Shown: positions 41,397-51,676 of the stretch, one piece after another
Position numbering within the stretch: the first letter of the stretch is position 1
Layout: each line of letters starts with the position of its first letter
Assembly (NCBI GenBank): GCA_043814055.1
Contig: JBDRKL010000012.1
Span: forward strand, 1-64,000
Origin: an archaeon
Lineage (GTDB): Archaea; Undinarchaeota; Undinarchaeia; Undinarchaeales; JBDRKL01
Length of the DNA stretch: 64,000 nt
Direction: 5' to 3'
The notes under the pieces: generated by a model
What the model was told of the DNA's origin: nothing
Database searches by the model: none
What the model saw: the letters and a program-made list of their open reading frames with translations, nothing else
Program-made: the position numbers and the translations under genes

Positions 41397-42002
41397 ATGA
41401 AAATTGAGGAAAAAAGGAAGACCAGCGAGTCTGAAATAAAAGTGGTTTTGGAAGATGGTCAGAGAAGAGATATGAAAATTGATACTGGCTTGAACTTTTT
41501 GAACCACCAAGTGAAGCAGATAGCGTGGCGGCTGTGCATGAACATAGACGCGAGCATAAAGAACACAACTGAGTACAGGAGCACGCACACGATGTCAGAG
41601 GATTTGGGAATAGTGCTAGGCAGGGCTTTGCTCAAGATGTACGAACAGAAAGCAAAAGAAGGTGTGAATGGGTTCGGCGCAGCGTATGGAGTGATTGACG
41701 AGGCGCGGGCTTTCGCAGCGGTGAGCATAGAAGGCAGGGCAAACTCGTTTGTGGAGATGTGCCCTGAAATTGAGCGGCTTGAACTTGTTGAGGATATGCT
41801 GTGCTGGGACTTGGTCGCATTCCTTGAAGGGCTTGCGCAGGGCATGAAAGCAACTGTGCAGGTGAACATTGAGCGTGGCAGAGACCCCCACCACTCCTGG
41901 GAAGCTACGTACAGGGCACTCGGAGAGGCGCTCAAAATAGCACTTCAGAAGAATGAATGGAGGAAAGGCACAATTGCAGGAGTAAAAGGAACACTAGAAT
42001 GA
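41397..42002 (+). CDS. hisB: imidazoleglycerol-phosphate dehydratase (divergent)
   Basis: R.TSE, TG..FLNH, H..SED, IDEA, HH..EA; operon context. Confidence 0.85.
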   Translation: MKIEEKRKTSESEIKVVLEDGQRRDMKIDTGLNFLNHQVKQIAWRLCMNIDASIKNTTEYRSTHTMSEDLGIVLGRALLKMYEQKAKEGVNGFGAAYGVIDEARAFAAVSIEGRANSFVEMCPEIERLELVEDMLCWDLVAFLEGLAQGMKATVQVNIERGRDPHHSWEATYRALGEALKIALQKNEWRKGTIAGVKGTLE

Positions 42003-42658
42003 AAGCTGTAATTTTTGACATGGACGGGGTGCTGGTCAAGGAGGACCGGTACTGGAAAGTGGCCAGTGAAGTGGCATTTGACCTAGCGGGGAGAAGGATT
42101 CCTTTTGCTTTCGTTCAAGAGTGCAAAAGCAGGGGAATGAATTCAAACTGGGAAATCTGCTACGAGTTCGTCAAAGGGACTGGGATTGATTATGAAGGAG
42201 TCAAAGAACTTTTTCAGAAAAAGTTGGCAGAATTAAATCCAAAAAATGAGCTTGTAATAAGTAGAGAGGCTTTCCTTGATGTTTTCTTTAGCCTGAAGCC
42301 CTTGTACTCAATGTACATAGCGACCAGCAGACCGAGGAAAGAAGCGCTGGAGGCGGTTGAGCAGACTGTTCTTTCAGAATTTTTCAATGAGGATTCGGTT
42401 TATGGAATGGAAGATGCCGCACCTGAGAAAAATCTGAAAGAAGCCCTGTTCTCCATGGTCAGGGAGAAAAACAAATTAGGGGACTGCATCGTGGTTGGGG
42501 ATACTGTTTCAGATGTCCTGGCAGGAAAGCGCCTTGGGTTCATGGCAGTTGGAGTTTATGGCAGTTTGGACAATAGGGCAGACCTTGAAAAAGCCAGGGC
42601 GGATATTTTGGCAGAGAACCTATCGGAGCTTTGGATTTTGTTGGATGGAATCAAATGA
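41999..42658 (+). CDS. HAD-family phosphatase, candidate histidinol-phosphatase
   Basis: FDMDGVL, ATSRP, GDT..D; lies inside the his operon. Confidence 0.75.
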   Translation: MKAVIFDMDGVLVKEDRYWKVASEVAFDLAGRRIPFAFVQECKSRGMNSNWEICYEFVKGTGIDYEGVKELFQKKLAELNPKNELVISREAFLDVFFSLKPLYSMYIATSRPRKEALEAVEQTVLSEFFNEDSVYGMEDAAPEKNLKEALFSMVREKNKLGDCIVVGDTVSDVLAGKRLGFMAVGVYGSLDNRADLEKARADILAENLSELWILLDGIK

Positions 42659-43326
42659 AAATTTATCCTGCAATTGATTTGCTTGGCGGAAGAGCAGTGC
42701 AATTGGTTGGCGGAGATCCAACTAAGCTTTTGTTTAGCAGGGATGCTCTTGAGCAGGCTGAGAAATTCAAAGAAGTGACCTTGTGGCTGATTGATTTGAA
42801 TTCTGCACTAGGCAATGGATCTAACCTCAAACTTATAAAAAAAATACTCACTAAAAGCCCTGCTTGCGTTGGAGGAGGCATTCGAACCATAGAAAAAGCC
42901 AATGAAATGTTAGAAGCAGGGGCTGAAAAAATAATCATTGGAACAAAAGCAGTTGAAGACCCTGAGTTTTTGAAAAACTTCGATCCAGAAAAGGTGATAG
43001 TTGCACTTGACTGCAAGAAGGGGAAAGTATGCATTGATGCGTGGCAATCTGAGACTGGGCGCGAAGTTGAAGACATTGGAGCAAAATATTACCTTGTAAC
43101 AAATATTGATGTTGAGGGACGGCAGGAAGGACTTGACTTTTCTTTTGTTGAGAATGTTTTGGACAAATTGCCTAATGTGATAATTTCTGGCGGAATTTCT
43201 TCCCCAGAAGATGTTTTTAAAATTAAAAAAATGGGCGCGTACGGTGTCGTTATAGGCAGCGCGCTTTATTCTGGAAAAATAAAACTTGAGGAGGTTTTAA
43301 ATGAAAAAAATAATGCCATGCCTTGA
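42655..43326 (+). CDS. hisA: ProFAR isomerase
   Basis: IYPAIDL..G.AVQL..G, VGGGIR, SGG. Confidence 0.92.
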   Translation: MKIYPAIDLLGGRAVQLVGGDPTKLLFSRDALEQAEKFKEVTLWLIDLNSALGNGSNLKLIKKILTKSPACVGGGIRTIEKANEMLEAGAEKIIIGTKAVEDPEFLKNFDPEKVIVALDCKKGKVCIDAWQSETGREVEDIGAKYYLVTNIDVEGRQEGLDFSFVENVLDKLPNVIISGGISSPEDVFKIKKMGAYGVVIGSALYSGKIKLEEVLNEKNNAMP

Positions 43327-44050
43327 CACTTTTGATGGAAAGCTTGTCAAAGGCGTGAAGTTTGAGATAAACAAAGAATTTGGAGACCCAGTAGAGTATG
43401 CAAAGAAGTATTGTGAAGATGGTGCTGACGAGCTTGCTGTGCTGGACATTAACGCGACTCCTGAAGGGAGAGCTACATTGCTCGAGGTTGTGAAGAACAT
43501 TTCAGCAGTGTGCACTGTGCCGCTCACAGTTGGGGGCGGAATACGGAGTGTTGAAGAGATTGAAAAAGTGCTTGATGCAGGCGCTGACAAGGTTTCAATA
43601 AACACCGCTGCTGTGAATCGACCTGAGTTGATTAAAGAAGCTGCTGAAAAATTTGGCTCTGAAAAAATTGTTGTAGCAATTGACTTCACCAAGAAAGATG
43701 GAACTTGGAAAGTGCTTGTTAATGCAGGAAAAACAATTGTTGACAAAGACGTGATTGAATGGGCCAAAGAAGCTGAGGAGTTGGGCGCAGGAACTTTGCT
43801 TCCAACTAGTTTGGATGCTGATGGGACAAAAAAGGGCTTTGATTTAGAGGCAACCCGGCTGATAAAAGAGTCTGTTTCAGTGCCAGTAATCGCAAGTGGC
43901 GGCGCAGGAACTCTTGAGGACATGTACAAAGTGCTGACAGAGGGTAAAGCGGATGTTGCATTGGCAGCAAGTATTTTCCACTACGGAGAATACACAGTAC
44001 GGGATGTCAAGAAGTATCTAAAAGAAAAAGGAGTTGAGGTGAATCTATGA
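43301..44050 (+). CDS. hisF: imidazole glycerol phosphate synthase cyclase subunit
   Basis: [32 protein letters not shown]. Confidence 0.95.
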   Translation: MKKIMPCLDTFDGKLVKGVKFEINKEFGDPVEYAKKYCEDGADELAVLDINATPEGRATLLEVVKNISAVCTVPLTVGGGIRSVEEIEKVLDAGADKVSINTAAVNRPELIKEAAEKFGSEKIVVAIDFTKKDGTWKVLVNAGKTIVDKDVIEWAKEAEELGAGTLLPTSLDADGTKKGFDLEATRLIKESVSVPVIASGGAGTLEDMYKVLTEGKADVALAASIFHYGEYTVRDVKKYLKEKGVEVNL

Positions 44051-44604
44051 ATTTGAAACCAGTTATTGCTCAGGACGCCAGCACAAAAGAAGTGCTTATG
44101 CTAGCGTGGGCCAATGAAGAAGCGCTTGAGAAAACAAAGGAAACCGGGTATGCCTGGTATTGGTCAAGAAGCAGAAATAAACTGTGGAAGAAGGGTGAGA
44201 GCTCAGGAAATGTGCAGAAGATTGTTGAGGTTATGGAAGACTGTGACAAGGATGCTCTGCTGTACATTGTTGAGCAGAAAGGAAATGCCTGCCACACTGG
44301 GAAATATTCCTGCTTCAAAAAGGAAAAACCATTTACGCTTGAAGTTTTGGAAAAAGTGATTGAGCAGAGGAAGCTGGAGAAACAAGAAGGCAGTTATACT
44401 GTGAAGCTTTTGGAGGATGAGGAATTGGCGTGTGAGAAAGTTTTGGAAGAGGCAGGAGAAGTTGTGCAGGCGGTGAAGAAAGAGGGAAAACAGAGAACAA
44501 TTGAAGAGGCCGCTGACGTGCTGTATCACTTGATGGTTTTGCTCGCTGGGAAAGGTATAAAATGGATAGAGGTTGTTGGGGAATTAAGCAATAGGTCTAA
44601 ATAA
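44047..44604 (+). CDS. hisIE: bifunctional PR-AMP cyclohydrolase / PR-ATP pyrophosphatase
   Basis: WSRSR..LW.KGESSG, DCD.D, ACHTG..SCF, then EEAGE...EAADVLYH. Confidence 0.95.
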   Translation: MNLKPVIAQDASTKEVLMLAWANEEALEKTKETGYAWYWSRSRNKLWKKGESSGNVQKIVEVMEDCDKDALLYIVEQKGNACHTGKYSCFKKEKPFTLEVLEKVIEQRKLEKQEGSYTVKLLEDEELACEKVLEEAGEVVQAVKKEGKQRTIEEAADVLYHLMVLLAGKGIKWIEVVGELSNRSK

Positions 44605-46162
44605 ACACCTTAATATCATCATTATACCGCAGGGCTCTTTCAACTATCTTTCCGAGCTTGGTCCTTCTGTTAAGGCGGATTTCAGTGATTCTTCCTATTT
44701 TTGTCTTTAGGAGGAAGTTCTTGCCGGCGTAGAGCGTGACCTCCTTGTTCGCGCACTCATTATCAAGCGTTATTATGTAATCGCTCTTGGTTTGCTGCAC
44801 CACGGCTTTTGAGCCCTTTGGCGCGTCACCGGCTGGCATCACGACTGTTTCCTCGCCGAAGGTGTAGATTTCATACTCAAGCCGGCCGGACTCAAAGTCA
44901 AGCACTTCAACAACCGGGCGCGCAAGGTCAGCTTCCATCATCCCTGCAGGAACTTTGACCTTCATTTTGGTCTCGTAGACTGTTTGGATTTTCGCGTCCT
45001 TTATGAAAATTACAGTGTCAACTATGTGCGCGATCTGACCGAGCTCTAATCGCCCAACTAATCTTTGTATCGCGTTAACAGGCTCGCTTGAGTGAGTGAC
45101 TCCAACCATTCCGACCCCAGCTAGGCGCATATCCGCGAAGACCGTGAAGTCAGAGCTCTTCCTTAGCTCGTCGTAGATTGTATAGTCAGGCCGGACAAGG
45201 AGGAGTATGTCAGCGGACTTTGCCATTGAGCCCTCAAGCGGACCGTATTGCGTGATTTCTTTTCCAACCTGAAGATCGCGGGGGCTCTCAAGGGTTTTAA
45301 CAATTGTTCCTTTTTCCTGGTAGTGCTCGGCAAGTGCTGCAGCGAATGAGGATTTGCCTGCGCCAGGGGAGCCGCAGATGAATATGCCCTCGGCTTTCCC
45401 GTCCAAGCGCTCGCGAAGCTTGTCTGACATTAAGTATGAGTCCAAGGTTGGTTTTTTGATTGGATGCGCAGCTGTGATTTCCATTACGTTCGTGAAAGGC
45501 GGTTCTGTAATTACGATGCGATAGTTCCCATCCTGCACAACTGTGGCACCGTTCGCGCTTATCTCGGTTGTGCGGGTCGCGCGGGCCTTGTCCATTATAC
45601 CGCGGTAGAGCCCGTCAAGCTCTTCGTCTTTCATTGGCTCCTCGCGGATTGCAGCGAACTCAACCTTGCCTGGCATTCCTTTCTTTGCCATTGGGGAAAG
45701 CCCTGCCTTGAGGTGCACGCTCATTGTCTCCTTGTCAAAGAACTGCTCAATGCCCGGCGCGTCCTTTAGCTTTGTCTCAATGTGCTTGCACTCTATGCCG
45801 CGGGCTTTTGCCGCGAGGTACATTATGTAATCACCGGTTAGAAGAGTTGCGCCGAGTTTTGTGGCTGCCTCGCGTATCATGCCATCAATTGAGCCGAAGC
45901 GCGCTGCCTTGATTTCCTCAACGCTCGGCCGCTCGCCGTGATAGTTCAAAGTGATTTTGCCTTTCTTCTCAAGCTCCTTGAGCTTGGCGAGCTCCTCAAG
46001 CCCGTCAAAGCCGATTGTGCGTCCTTTGTTCGCCTGGTTCTCCAGCTCGGAAATTACTGATTCAAGAATTATGACTTCGCCATTGAGCTTGCCGGACTCA
46101 ATAAGCTCTGAAATTTTGCCGATTATGATAATGCTTGTGTCCGGCAGAGTCTTCTTATCCAT
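44597..46162 (-). CDS. PIN-domain / PilT-like ATPase (PINA family)
   Basis: PIN domain DTS..., Walker [34 protein letters not shown]. Confidence 0.9.
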   Translation of the reverse strand: MDKKTLPDTSIIIIGKISELIESGKLNGEVIILESVISELENQANKGRTIGFDGLEELAKLKELEKKGKITLNYHGERPSVEEIKAARFGSIDGMIREAATKLGATLLTGDYIMYLAAKARGIECKHIETKLKDAPGIEQFFDKETMSVHLKAGLSPMAKKGMPGKVEFAAIREEPMKDEELDGLYRGIMDKARATRTTEISANGATVVQDGNYRIVITEPPFTNVMEITAAHPIKKPTLDSYLMSDKLRERLDGKAEGIFICGSPGAGKSSFAAALAEHYQEKGTIVKTLESPRDLQVGKEITQYGPLEGSMAKSADILLLVRPDYTIYDELRKSSDFTVFADMRLAGVGMVGVTHSSEPVNAIQRLVGRLELGQIAHIVDTVIFIKDAKIQTVYETKMKVKVPAGMMEADLARPVVEVLDFESGRLEYEIYTFGEETVVMPAGDAPKGSKAVVQQTKSDYIITLDNECANKEVTLYAGKNFLLKTKIGRITEIRLNRRTKLGKIVERALRYNDDIKVFI

Positions 46163-46252
46163 ACAAAGCTTTAAAAGACCAGAGTATTAATTTGTTTCTA
46201 TGAGACACACACTAAGAAATTGGTTTTGCGTGTTCATCAACATCGGAGGCCG

Positions 46253-46735
46253 ATGTTGATGATTTCAAAAGCGGTTTTTCTCAAACTGAAGCAGGACCAG
46301 AAAGAGCGCGTGCTCGCAGCGCTTTTTGAGGCAAAGTTCAAGAGCTTCAGCATTTTGAAGGAGAGCGTTGTTATTGATGTTCCAGCCGGCTACAGCGTTC
46401 GCGTTGCGGCTGTGCTTCAGTGCGAGGAGCAGGACGAAATAGTCAAGAGAATTTTCGTTGTTATGGAAGAGTTCAACGACTTCCTGACCACAAAGGACAT
46501 TAATGAGATTTACACCCACGTGGACGAGCTTGCCAAGACCGGCGAGTTTGTTCCGGAGCGGGATGATTTCTGGGTTGTGACGAACGAGAAGTGGACCTAC
46601 GAAGCGTATGAATACGCGCGCGGCAAGGTTGCACTAATGGACGCGGACGCGGTTATTGAGGGCATTGAAAAATACTACGACAAGTCGCGAGAGCTACGAG
46701 ATGCTGTGAGGCACTTCGGGCTTGTAAAGGAATAA
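46253..46735 (+). CDS. hypothetical protein, possible Mrr-like restriction-endonuclease fold
   Basis: C-terminal VVTN..WT..A..YA...V.LMD resembles Mrr-type domains; start uncertain. Confidence 0.5.
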   Translation: MLMISKAVFLKLKQDQKERVLAALFEAKFKSFSILKESVVIDVPAGYSVRVAAVLQCEEQDEIVKRIFVVMEEFNDFLTTKDINEIYTHVDELAKTGEFVPERDDFWVVTNEKWTYEAYEYARGKVALMDADAVIEGIEKYYDKSRELRDAVRHFGLVKE

Positions 46736-46737
46736 AA

Positions 46738-47172
46738 CTAAGAACTCATCTGAGTGTTTTCAGAATTTGGCAGGTTCAGGTTTACCAGGACATCCTGGAA
46801 CTCAGGGCCATTGAGTATCAGCTCAACTTCAGTAAGTATGCCAACGAGCTCGGTGCCGTTTACCACAGGGAGCTTTTTTATCTTGTACTCCGCCATTAGC
46901 TTTGCCGCGTCCTGCAGGGTTGTCTCAGGGGTTGTCACAACGAGGGGTGAGCTCATTATTTCTCCGACTGTTGTCGCATTCGGCTTTTTGTCCTTCGCGA
47001 TGACCTTGTACATTAGGTCAGTGCTCGTCACGATGCCGAGCGCCTCTGTTTCACTAACTATTATCACACAGCTGAGCTGGTGCTTTTCCATTTCCTTGAC
47101 CGCCTTGACCACGCTGGTTTCCTTCGTGGTGGTGTAAACATTCCTAGACATTACTTCTGCAACTGTTGTCAT
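46738..47172 (-). CDS. CBS-pair domain protein
   Basis: VAEVMS, GIVT..D, V.EIMS, LPVV....LVGILT. Confidence 0.92.
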   Translation of the reverse strand: MTTVAEVMSRNVYTTTKETSVVKAVKEMEKHQLSCVIIVSETEALGIVTSTDLMYKVIAKDKKPNATTVGEIMSSPLVVTTPETTLQDAAKLMAEYKIKKLPVVNGTELVGILTEVELILNGPEFQDVLVNLNLPNSENTQMSS

Positions 47173-47195
47173 AAATTCATCTTTGATTTTGGGTT

Positions 47196-47615
47196 TTATA
47201 TGCTTGCGGGTTCGCGGAGCTTTAGCCCCAGCTTCTGCTCAAGCTTCTTGATGAGCTTGTCGTCCGGAACCATTGAGCCTGACATTAACTTGTTTATCAC
47301 AGATTCTTTCTCGTTGAGCATCTGCGCGAACTCGTCCTTCTTCTTCCCACTTCTATTCCATACGTTGCGGATTAGCTCAGAGTAGTTTTCAACAAGCTCC
47401 AGCTCGCCGGGCTCGTCAGAATATGAAGGTTGGGATTGGGGCTGAGAGAACTTTGGCGCAGAAACGCTTTTAGAAGATTTTGAAACCGGCTGCGGCACTG
47501 AGAACTGAACCTCTTCACCATATCTCACGCAGTCGTCGCAAACGCTGAGAATTGAGCCCTCTGTTTTTATCTTCCTGACTCTTCTAAGTTCCTTGCCGCA
47601 AAGTTCGCAGTCCAT
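47196..47615 (-). CDS. mbf1: archaeal multiprotein bridging factor (Zn ribbon plus HTH)
   Basis: CELCG...EGS.L.VC..C, ELVENY, C-terminal HTH, KLE..L. Confidence 0.88.
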   Translation of the reverse strand: MDCELCGKELRRVRKIKTEGSILSVCDDCVRYGEEVQFSVPQPVSKSSKSVSAPKFSQPQSQPSYSDEPGELELVENYSELIRNVWNRSGKKKDEFAQMLNEKESVINKLMSGSMVPDDKLIKKLEQKLGLKLREPASI

Positions 47616-47622
47616 TTCTTCC

Positions 47623-48444
47623 TTAAACCAATTTTACAGTAATTTTTCCCTTTGTGTCGCTGTCAAAATCATGACTGAAATAGTATATCCTTGGACCATA
47701 GAAGGTGTGGCTCCACTCTTCCCCGGGGTCAATCTTGACCGGAGCGGTTCCCTGTTCAAAATTTATTTTGTGAGGATATTCGTCCATGTTAACCCAAGTT
47801 ATGCGTGCAGGGGAGTTCACTATCAGGACATCTGGCTCAAAACTCCATCTGTACATGTAGATTGTTTCAGAACTAGCGGGTTCAATTTCTGTTGCATCTG
47901 CATAGGAAGGGATTGAATATGCTGTTGAGAGAGTCACACGAATTCGGCCATTCAAACGCGGGTAAAGGCTGCAATCGTAACTGTAAATTTTTGGACCAAT
48001 GAAAGAATAGGTCCAGGATTCACCTTGCGCCAGTTTTGGGGACTCCGCATAATTATTGCCGAATCTTACCCTGTGATACTTGGTGTCAGTGTTCACCCAA
48101 GTAACTTCAACGAGATTGGCAGCATCAATAACTTCTGGCTTAAAGCCCTTTGCAGTTATTTCCACTGTGGCAGTGGCAACTTTAATTTCCGCACCAAGTT
48201 CTTCTTTTTCTTCTGTTTTCACGAGTTTTATTGCTGTTTTTGGAGTTTCAGGGGTTTTTAGCTCAGCAGGTTTGATTGGATTCACCACAAGGCTGACCTC
48301 GGCAATGTTTGATGGTGTGGCTGATGTTTCCTGATAACCCATTCCAGCAAGGGAGTTTAAAGGGAAGTATGAGAACTGCACCCCGATTACTATAATGAGT
48401 ATTCCGATGATAAGACCAGTTGCAACGGCGTCGTATTTGTCCAT
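47623..48444 (-). CDS. membrane-anchored tandem cupredoxin-fold protein
   Basis: Two repeats of F.P...V.W.N.D...H.....GE.W...F..P..Y. Confidence 0.75.
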   Translation of the reverse strand: MDKYDAVATGLIIGILIIVIGVQFSYFPLNSLAGMGYQETSATPSNIAEVSLVVNPIKPAELKTPETPKTAIKLVKTEEKEELGAEIKVATATVEITAKGFKPEVIDAANLVEVTWVNTDTKYHRVRFGNNYAESPKLAQGESWTYSFIGPKIYSYDCSLYPRLNGRIRVTLSTAYSIPSYADATEIEPASSETIYMYRWSFEPDVLIVNSPARITWVNMDEYPHKINFEQGTAPVKIDPGEEWSHTFYGPRIYYFSHDFDSDTKGKITVKLV

Positions 48445-48519
48445 AATTACGAATAGGAAAAGGTGGTTTATATTCGTTTCTGGCGTTAGGTATTTATTAG
48501 AGGAGGGCGAAAAGGGGTT

Positions 48520-49074
48520 ATGGAATATAGGGATGTCTGGGTTGTTTCAGCGTTTTCAATACTGTCGGCGTTATCGTATTTGTTTTTTGACACGCTCGGG
48601 CCGTTTAATGGGAATTATTACCTGGATGCTTTTATGGAATTGCTTTCACAACTTGGCGGGGTTTACATTTACTTCGCGCTCGGCGGGGCCCTCGTGGGCT
48701 ACGCGTTCCTCTACGGCAGGGGCGAGATGAAGCAAAAGGGCGCATTTTTCATGTTCGCGCTCCTCGTGGACACCCTGCTCATACTCGCGCTCAAGGACCT
48801 GATTGGCAGGGAGCGGCCGATTCCTGAAACACATTACACAAAGGCGTTCCCGAGCGGGCACGCAGCGAACGGAATATTCACCGCGAAGATGCTCGGTGAC
48901 TGGTATCCAAAGTTCAGGGGCGGGTTGTACGCGTTTATGCTGCTCTGCGTCTCAAGCAGGATTTATTTTGGAGCTCATTATCTTTCAGATATTTTCGCAG
49001 GGTTTGCGATAAGCTATGGGACCGCGGTGCTGTGGATGTGGGTTTATGGGAAGTATGTTGAGAAGTCTGAATAG
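48520..49074 (+). CDS. PAP2-family membrane phosphatase
   Basis: K.LIGRERP, FPSGH, SRIY.GAHY.SD. Confidence 0.92.
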   Translation: MEYRDVWVVSAFSILSALSYLFFDTLGPFNGNYYLDAFMELLSQLGGVYIYFALGGALVGYAFLYGRGEMKQKGAFFMFALLVDTLLILALKDLIGRERPIPETHYTKAFPSGHAANGIFTAKMLGDWYPKFRGGLYAFMLLCVSSRIYFGAHYLSDIFAGFAISYGTAVLWMWVYGKYVEKSE

Positions 49075-49158
49075 CCGAGCGTTAGCGAAGCTCCGAATCG
49101 CTCTGCGATTCGTTTTTTGGTCAAGCTTTTTTCACAAATATAACCAATAAAAAGGTTG
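49074..49158. repeat. family-A repeat at the 3' end of the C/D sRNA
   Basis: CGAAGCTCCGAAT...TTTTTTGGTCAAGCTTTTTT...ACCAATAAAAAGGTTG, closely similar to units at 3571 and 3811-3869. Confidence 0.85.
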
Positions 49159-49215
49159 TCTCAGATCGCCCATCACTCATCACCTTATCAGATCGATGTC
49201 GGATCTTCATTGACA
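49157..49215 (-). ncRNA. box C/D guide sRNA
   Basis: TGTC A-ATGAAGA(C)-TCCGACATCGAT-CTGA(D')-TAAG-GTGATGA(C')-GTGATGGGCGAT-CTGA(D)-GACA. Two 12-nt guides complement the local 23S and 16S; TATA-like element upstream. Confidence 0.9.
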
Positions 49216-49264
49216 GCTTATGTTAATAAATAAACTAATATAAATAGTGTTTTAAGTTGCGGTT

Positions 49265-49489
49265 TTATGCTGTTTCTTCTTCAGATTCTTCTTCAGCCGG
49301 CGCTTCCGGTTCGGATGATTCCCCTTCTGCAGGTGTCTCGTCCTCAATGGATTCGTCGTCGCAGCAATCGCAAGAATCGTCAGTTGACTCTTCTGCAGGT
49401 GCCTCGTTTGAAGTTTCTTCAGAAGTCTCTTTGGTGGTCTCTTCTGCAGTTGCGTCCACAGATGTTTCGTTTTGTGTTTCTTCTTCCAT
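49265..49489 (-). CDS. small highly acidic disordered protein with CDCC motif
   Basis: SD GGAGG; follows the ferredoxin gene on the same strand. Confidence 0.6.
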   Translation of the reverse strand: MEEETQNETSVDATAEETTKETSEETSNEAPAEESTDDSCDCCDDESIEDETPAEGESSEPEAPAEEESEEETA

Positions 49490-49518
49490 TTTGATTTCCT
49501 CCTTTAATTGATTATGAG

Positions 49519-49758
49519 TTATGCCTCAACCGCTGTGTCTTCTGCAGGGACTTCAGTTGGTAGGGTCTTTGGCTTTATTTCAATTGCAGTCTGCGGGCAG
49601 GCTGAAACACATGCTCCACATTCTACACAGACATTTGGATTTGCCTGTGGCTTGCCGTCCGGGCCTTTGCTGTCTTCCATCGCTTTAGGGTCAAGCGGGC
49701 ATACTGCTACGCACGCTTTGCAATTTATGCATAGTTCATAGTTTACTATTGCTGGCAT
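49519..49758 (-). CDS. 2x[4Fe-4S] ferredoxin
   Basis: Two CxxCxxCxxxCP motifs; SD GAGGTGA. Confidence 0.93.
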   Translation of the reverse strand: MPAIVNYELCINCKACVAVCPLDPKAMEDSKGPDGKPQANPNVCVECGACVSACPQTAIEIKPKTLPTEVPAEDTAVEA

Positions 49759-49870
49759 TTTTCAATCACCTCTCCGACTTTAAAATTTTAATCATATATA
49801 AAACTATTGCAACCTGTATGCAGTGAAGTTGCAGAAAAGGTTATTAAAGCATTAGGGCAAAATTGGCTGT

Positions 49871-50419
49871 ATGAAGCTCATTGTTGGAGTCACAGGAGCG
49901 TCTGGAATGCCTCTAGCCCAGCGGCTGCTTGAAGTTCTCGCTGAGAAAAAGGTTGAGGTTCATTTGATTGTTTCTGAGAGCGCGAAGAAAGTTATGGAGT
50001 TTGAGGAAACCAAGCTGGAGAATTTGGAGAAACTCGCTGCGGAAGTTCACAATGAGAAAGATATTTCGGCTTCAATCGCGTCCGGCTCGTTCAAGACGGA
50101 CGGTATGGTTGTGATTCCGTGCAGCATGAAAACCATTGGCGGCTTGGCGTCGGGCTACTCGGACAATTTGATTCTGCGCGCAGGGGATGTTTGTCTTAAG
50201 CAGGACAGGAAATTAATTCTTGTGCCGCGGGAGACTCCGCTGAGTTATATTCACTTGAAGAACTTGACCACACTGAAACAGGCCGGAGCTGTGATTCTGC
50301 CGCCGGTGGTGGCGTTCTACCAGAAGCCGCGCACTTTGGAGGATATGACAGATTTTATAATAGGCAAAGTCTTAGATTCGCTTGAGATTGAACATAAACT
50401 ATACGAGAGGTGGAAGTAA
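49871..50419 (+). CDS. ubiX: flavin prenyltransferase
   Basis: GVTGASG, IASGS, PCSMKT, RAGDV.LK, PRETP. Confidence 0.95.
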   Translation: MKLIVGVTGASGMPLAQRLLEVLAEKKVEVHLIVSESAKKVMEFEETKLENLEKLAAEVHNEKDISASIASGSFKTDGMVVIPCSMKTIGGLASGYSDNLILRAGDVCLKQDRKLILVPRETPLSYIHLKNLTTLKQAGAVILPPVVAFYQKPRTLEDMTDFIIGKVLDSLEIEHKLYERWK

Positions 50420-51676
50420 ATGAAACCATTGAACTTTCAACAGGCAGTTGAGAAGCTCCGCGAGAAAGGAATGCTTGAGGTTGTTTCAGAAGAGCGCAGC
50501 ATTGGAGAAATCGCTGAGAAGATTAAGGACTTGAAGCCGATTCTTTTTGAGAATACCGGGACAGATTATAAGGTTGCTGCGAACGTTTGTGGCAAGGAAC
50601 TTTTTGAAGCTTACTTTGACGCGCCTTGGAAAGATATCCGCGCGCAGTTTGGGAAAGCTGCTGGAAGTCCTGGCACGGTTGAAGCAACTGACGAGTTTCC
50701 GTTTGAGGAAACCGATGATGATTTTGAAAGCCTGCCGATTCCAATGTACTACAAAGGCGACGGCGGGAAATACATCACTGCAGGGGTTTTCGTGATTGAG
50801 CAGGATGGGGTGAGGAATTTGTCTTATCACAGGACTATGATTGTTGACGGCAAGACCGCGGTTGTGCGGTTGTGCAAGAGGCATTTGTGGGACGCGTATG
50901 AGAAGAATGGGAATGAATTGGATGTGGCGATTTGCATTGGATTAGATCCTGCGCTTCTTTCAGTTGCATCTTTCTCCACCAAGGAGCCGATGGATGAGAC
51001 TGAGATTGCAGCAGGGTTCTATGAACAGCCGCTGAAGATGGTCAAGATGAGCAACGGGATTTCAGTTCCGCGCTGTGCAGAGATTGTGATTCTTGGAAAG
51101 ATTACAAAAGAGCAGGCAAAGGAAGGGCCATTTGTTGACTCAACCGGAACTATGGACGGGGAGAGGCAGCAACCGGTGTTCAAACTTGAGAAAGTTCTGC
51201 GCAAGAAAGATGCGATATTCTATGCACTCGTGCCAGGCCGCGGAGAGCACTCATTCCTGATGGGTGTGAGCAAGGAGCCGATTTTGTTCAACGAGATTGC
51301 AAAGGTCGCGGACATTCAGGATATTTCATTCGCAGACGGCGGGATAGAATGGATGGGCGCTGTGGTGAGCATCAAGAAGAAGTCTGATGCTGATGTGAAG
51401 AAAGTTATTGAAACCGCGTTCGCTACACACAAGAGCCTGAAGCACGTCTGGGTGTTTGATGAGGACATTGACCTGCTGAACCATATGGACCGCGAATGGG
51501 CGTTCACTACGCGGTTCCAGGGCGACAAGGACATTTACACTTATCCAGGCGAGCCAGGGTCAAGCCTTGACCCGAGCTCAGAGCCAGGTGATGACAGGAG
51601 AAATACGTGCAAGGTTGGGTTTGACTGTACGATACCGATGGGGAAGGACAAGAAGGACTTTGAGAAGGTGGCGTGA
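50420..51676 (+). CDS. UbiD-family decarboxylase, probably anhydromevalonate-phosphate decarboxylase
   Basis: DGG.YIT, N.SYHR, EGPF.D, SSLDPS, K.GFD.T; mevalonate operon context. Confidence 0.88.
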   Translation: MKPLNFQQAVEKLREKGMLEVVSEERSIGEIAEKIKDLKPILFENTGTDYKVAANVCGKELFEAYFDAPWKDIRAQFGKAAGSPGTVEATDEFPFEETDDDFESLPIPMYYKGDGGKYITAGVFVIEQDGVRNLSYHRTMIVDGKTAVVRLCKRHLWDAYEKNGNELDVAICIGLDPALLSVASFSTKEPMDETEIAAGFYEQPLKMVKMSNGISVPRCAEIVILGKITKEQAKEGPFVDSTGTMDGERQQPVFKLEKVLRKKDAIFYALVPGRGEHSFLMGVSKEPILFNEIAKVADIQDISFADGGIEWMGAVVSIKKKSDADVKKVIETAFATHKSLKHVWVFDEDIDLLNHMDREWAFTTRFQGDKDIYTYPGEPGSSLDPSSEPGDDRRNTCKVGFDCTIPMGKDKKDFEKVA

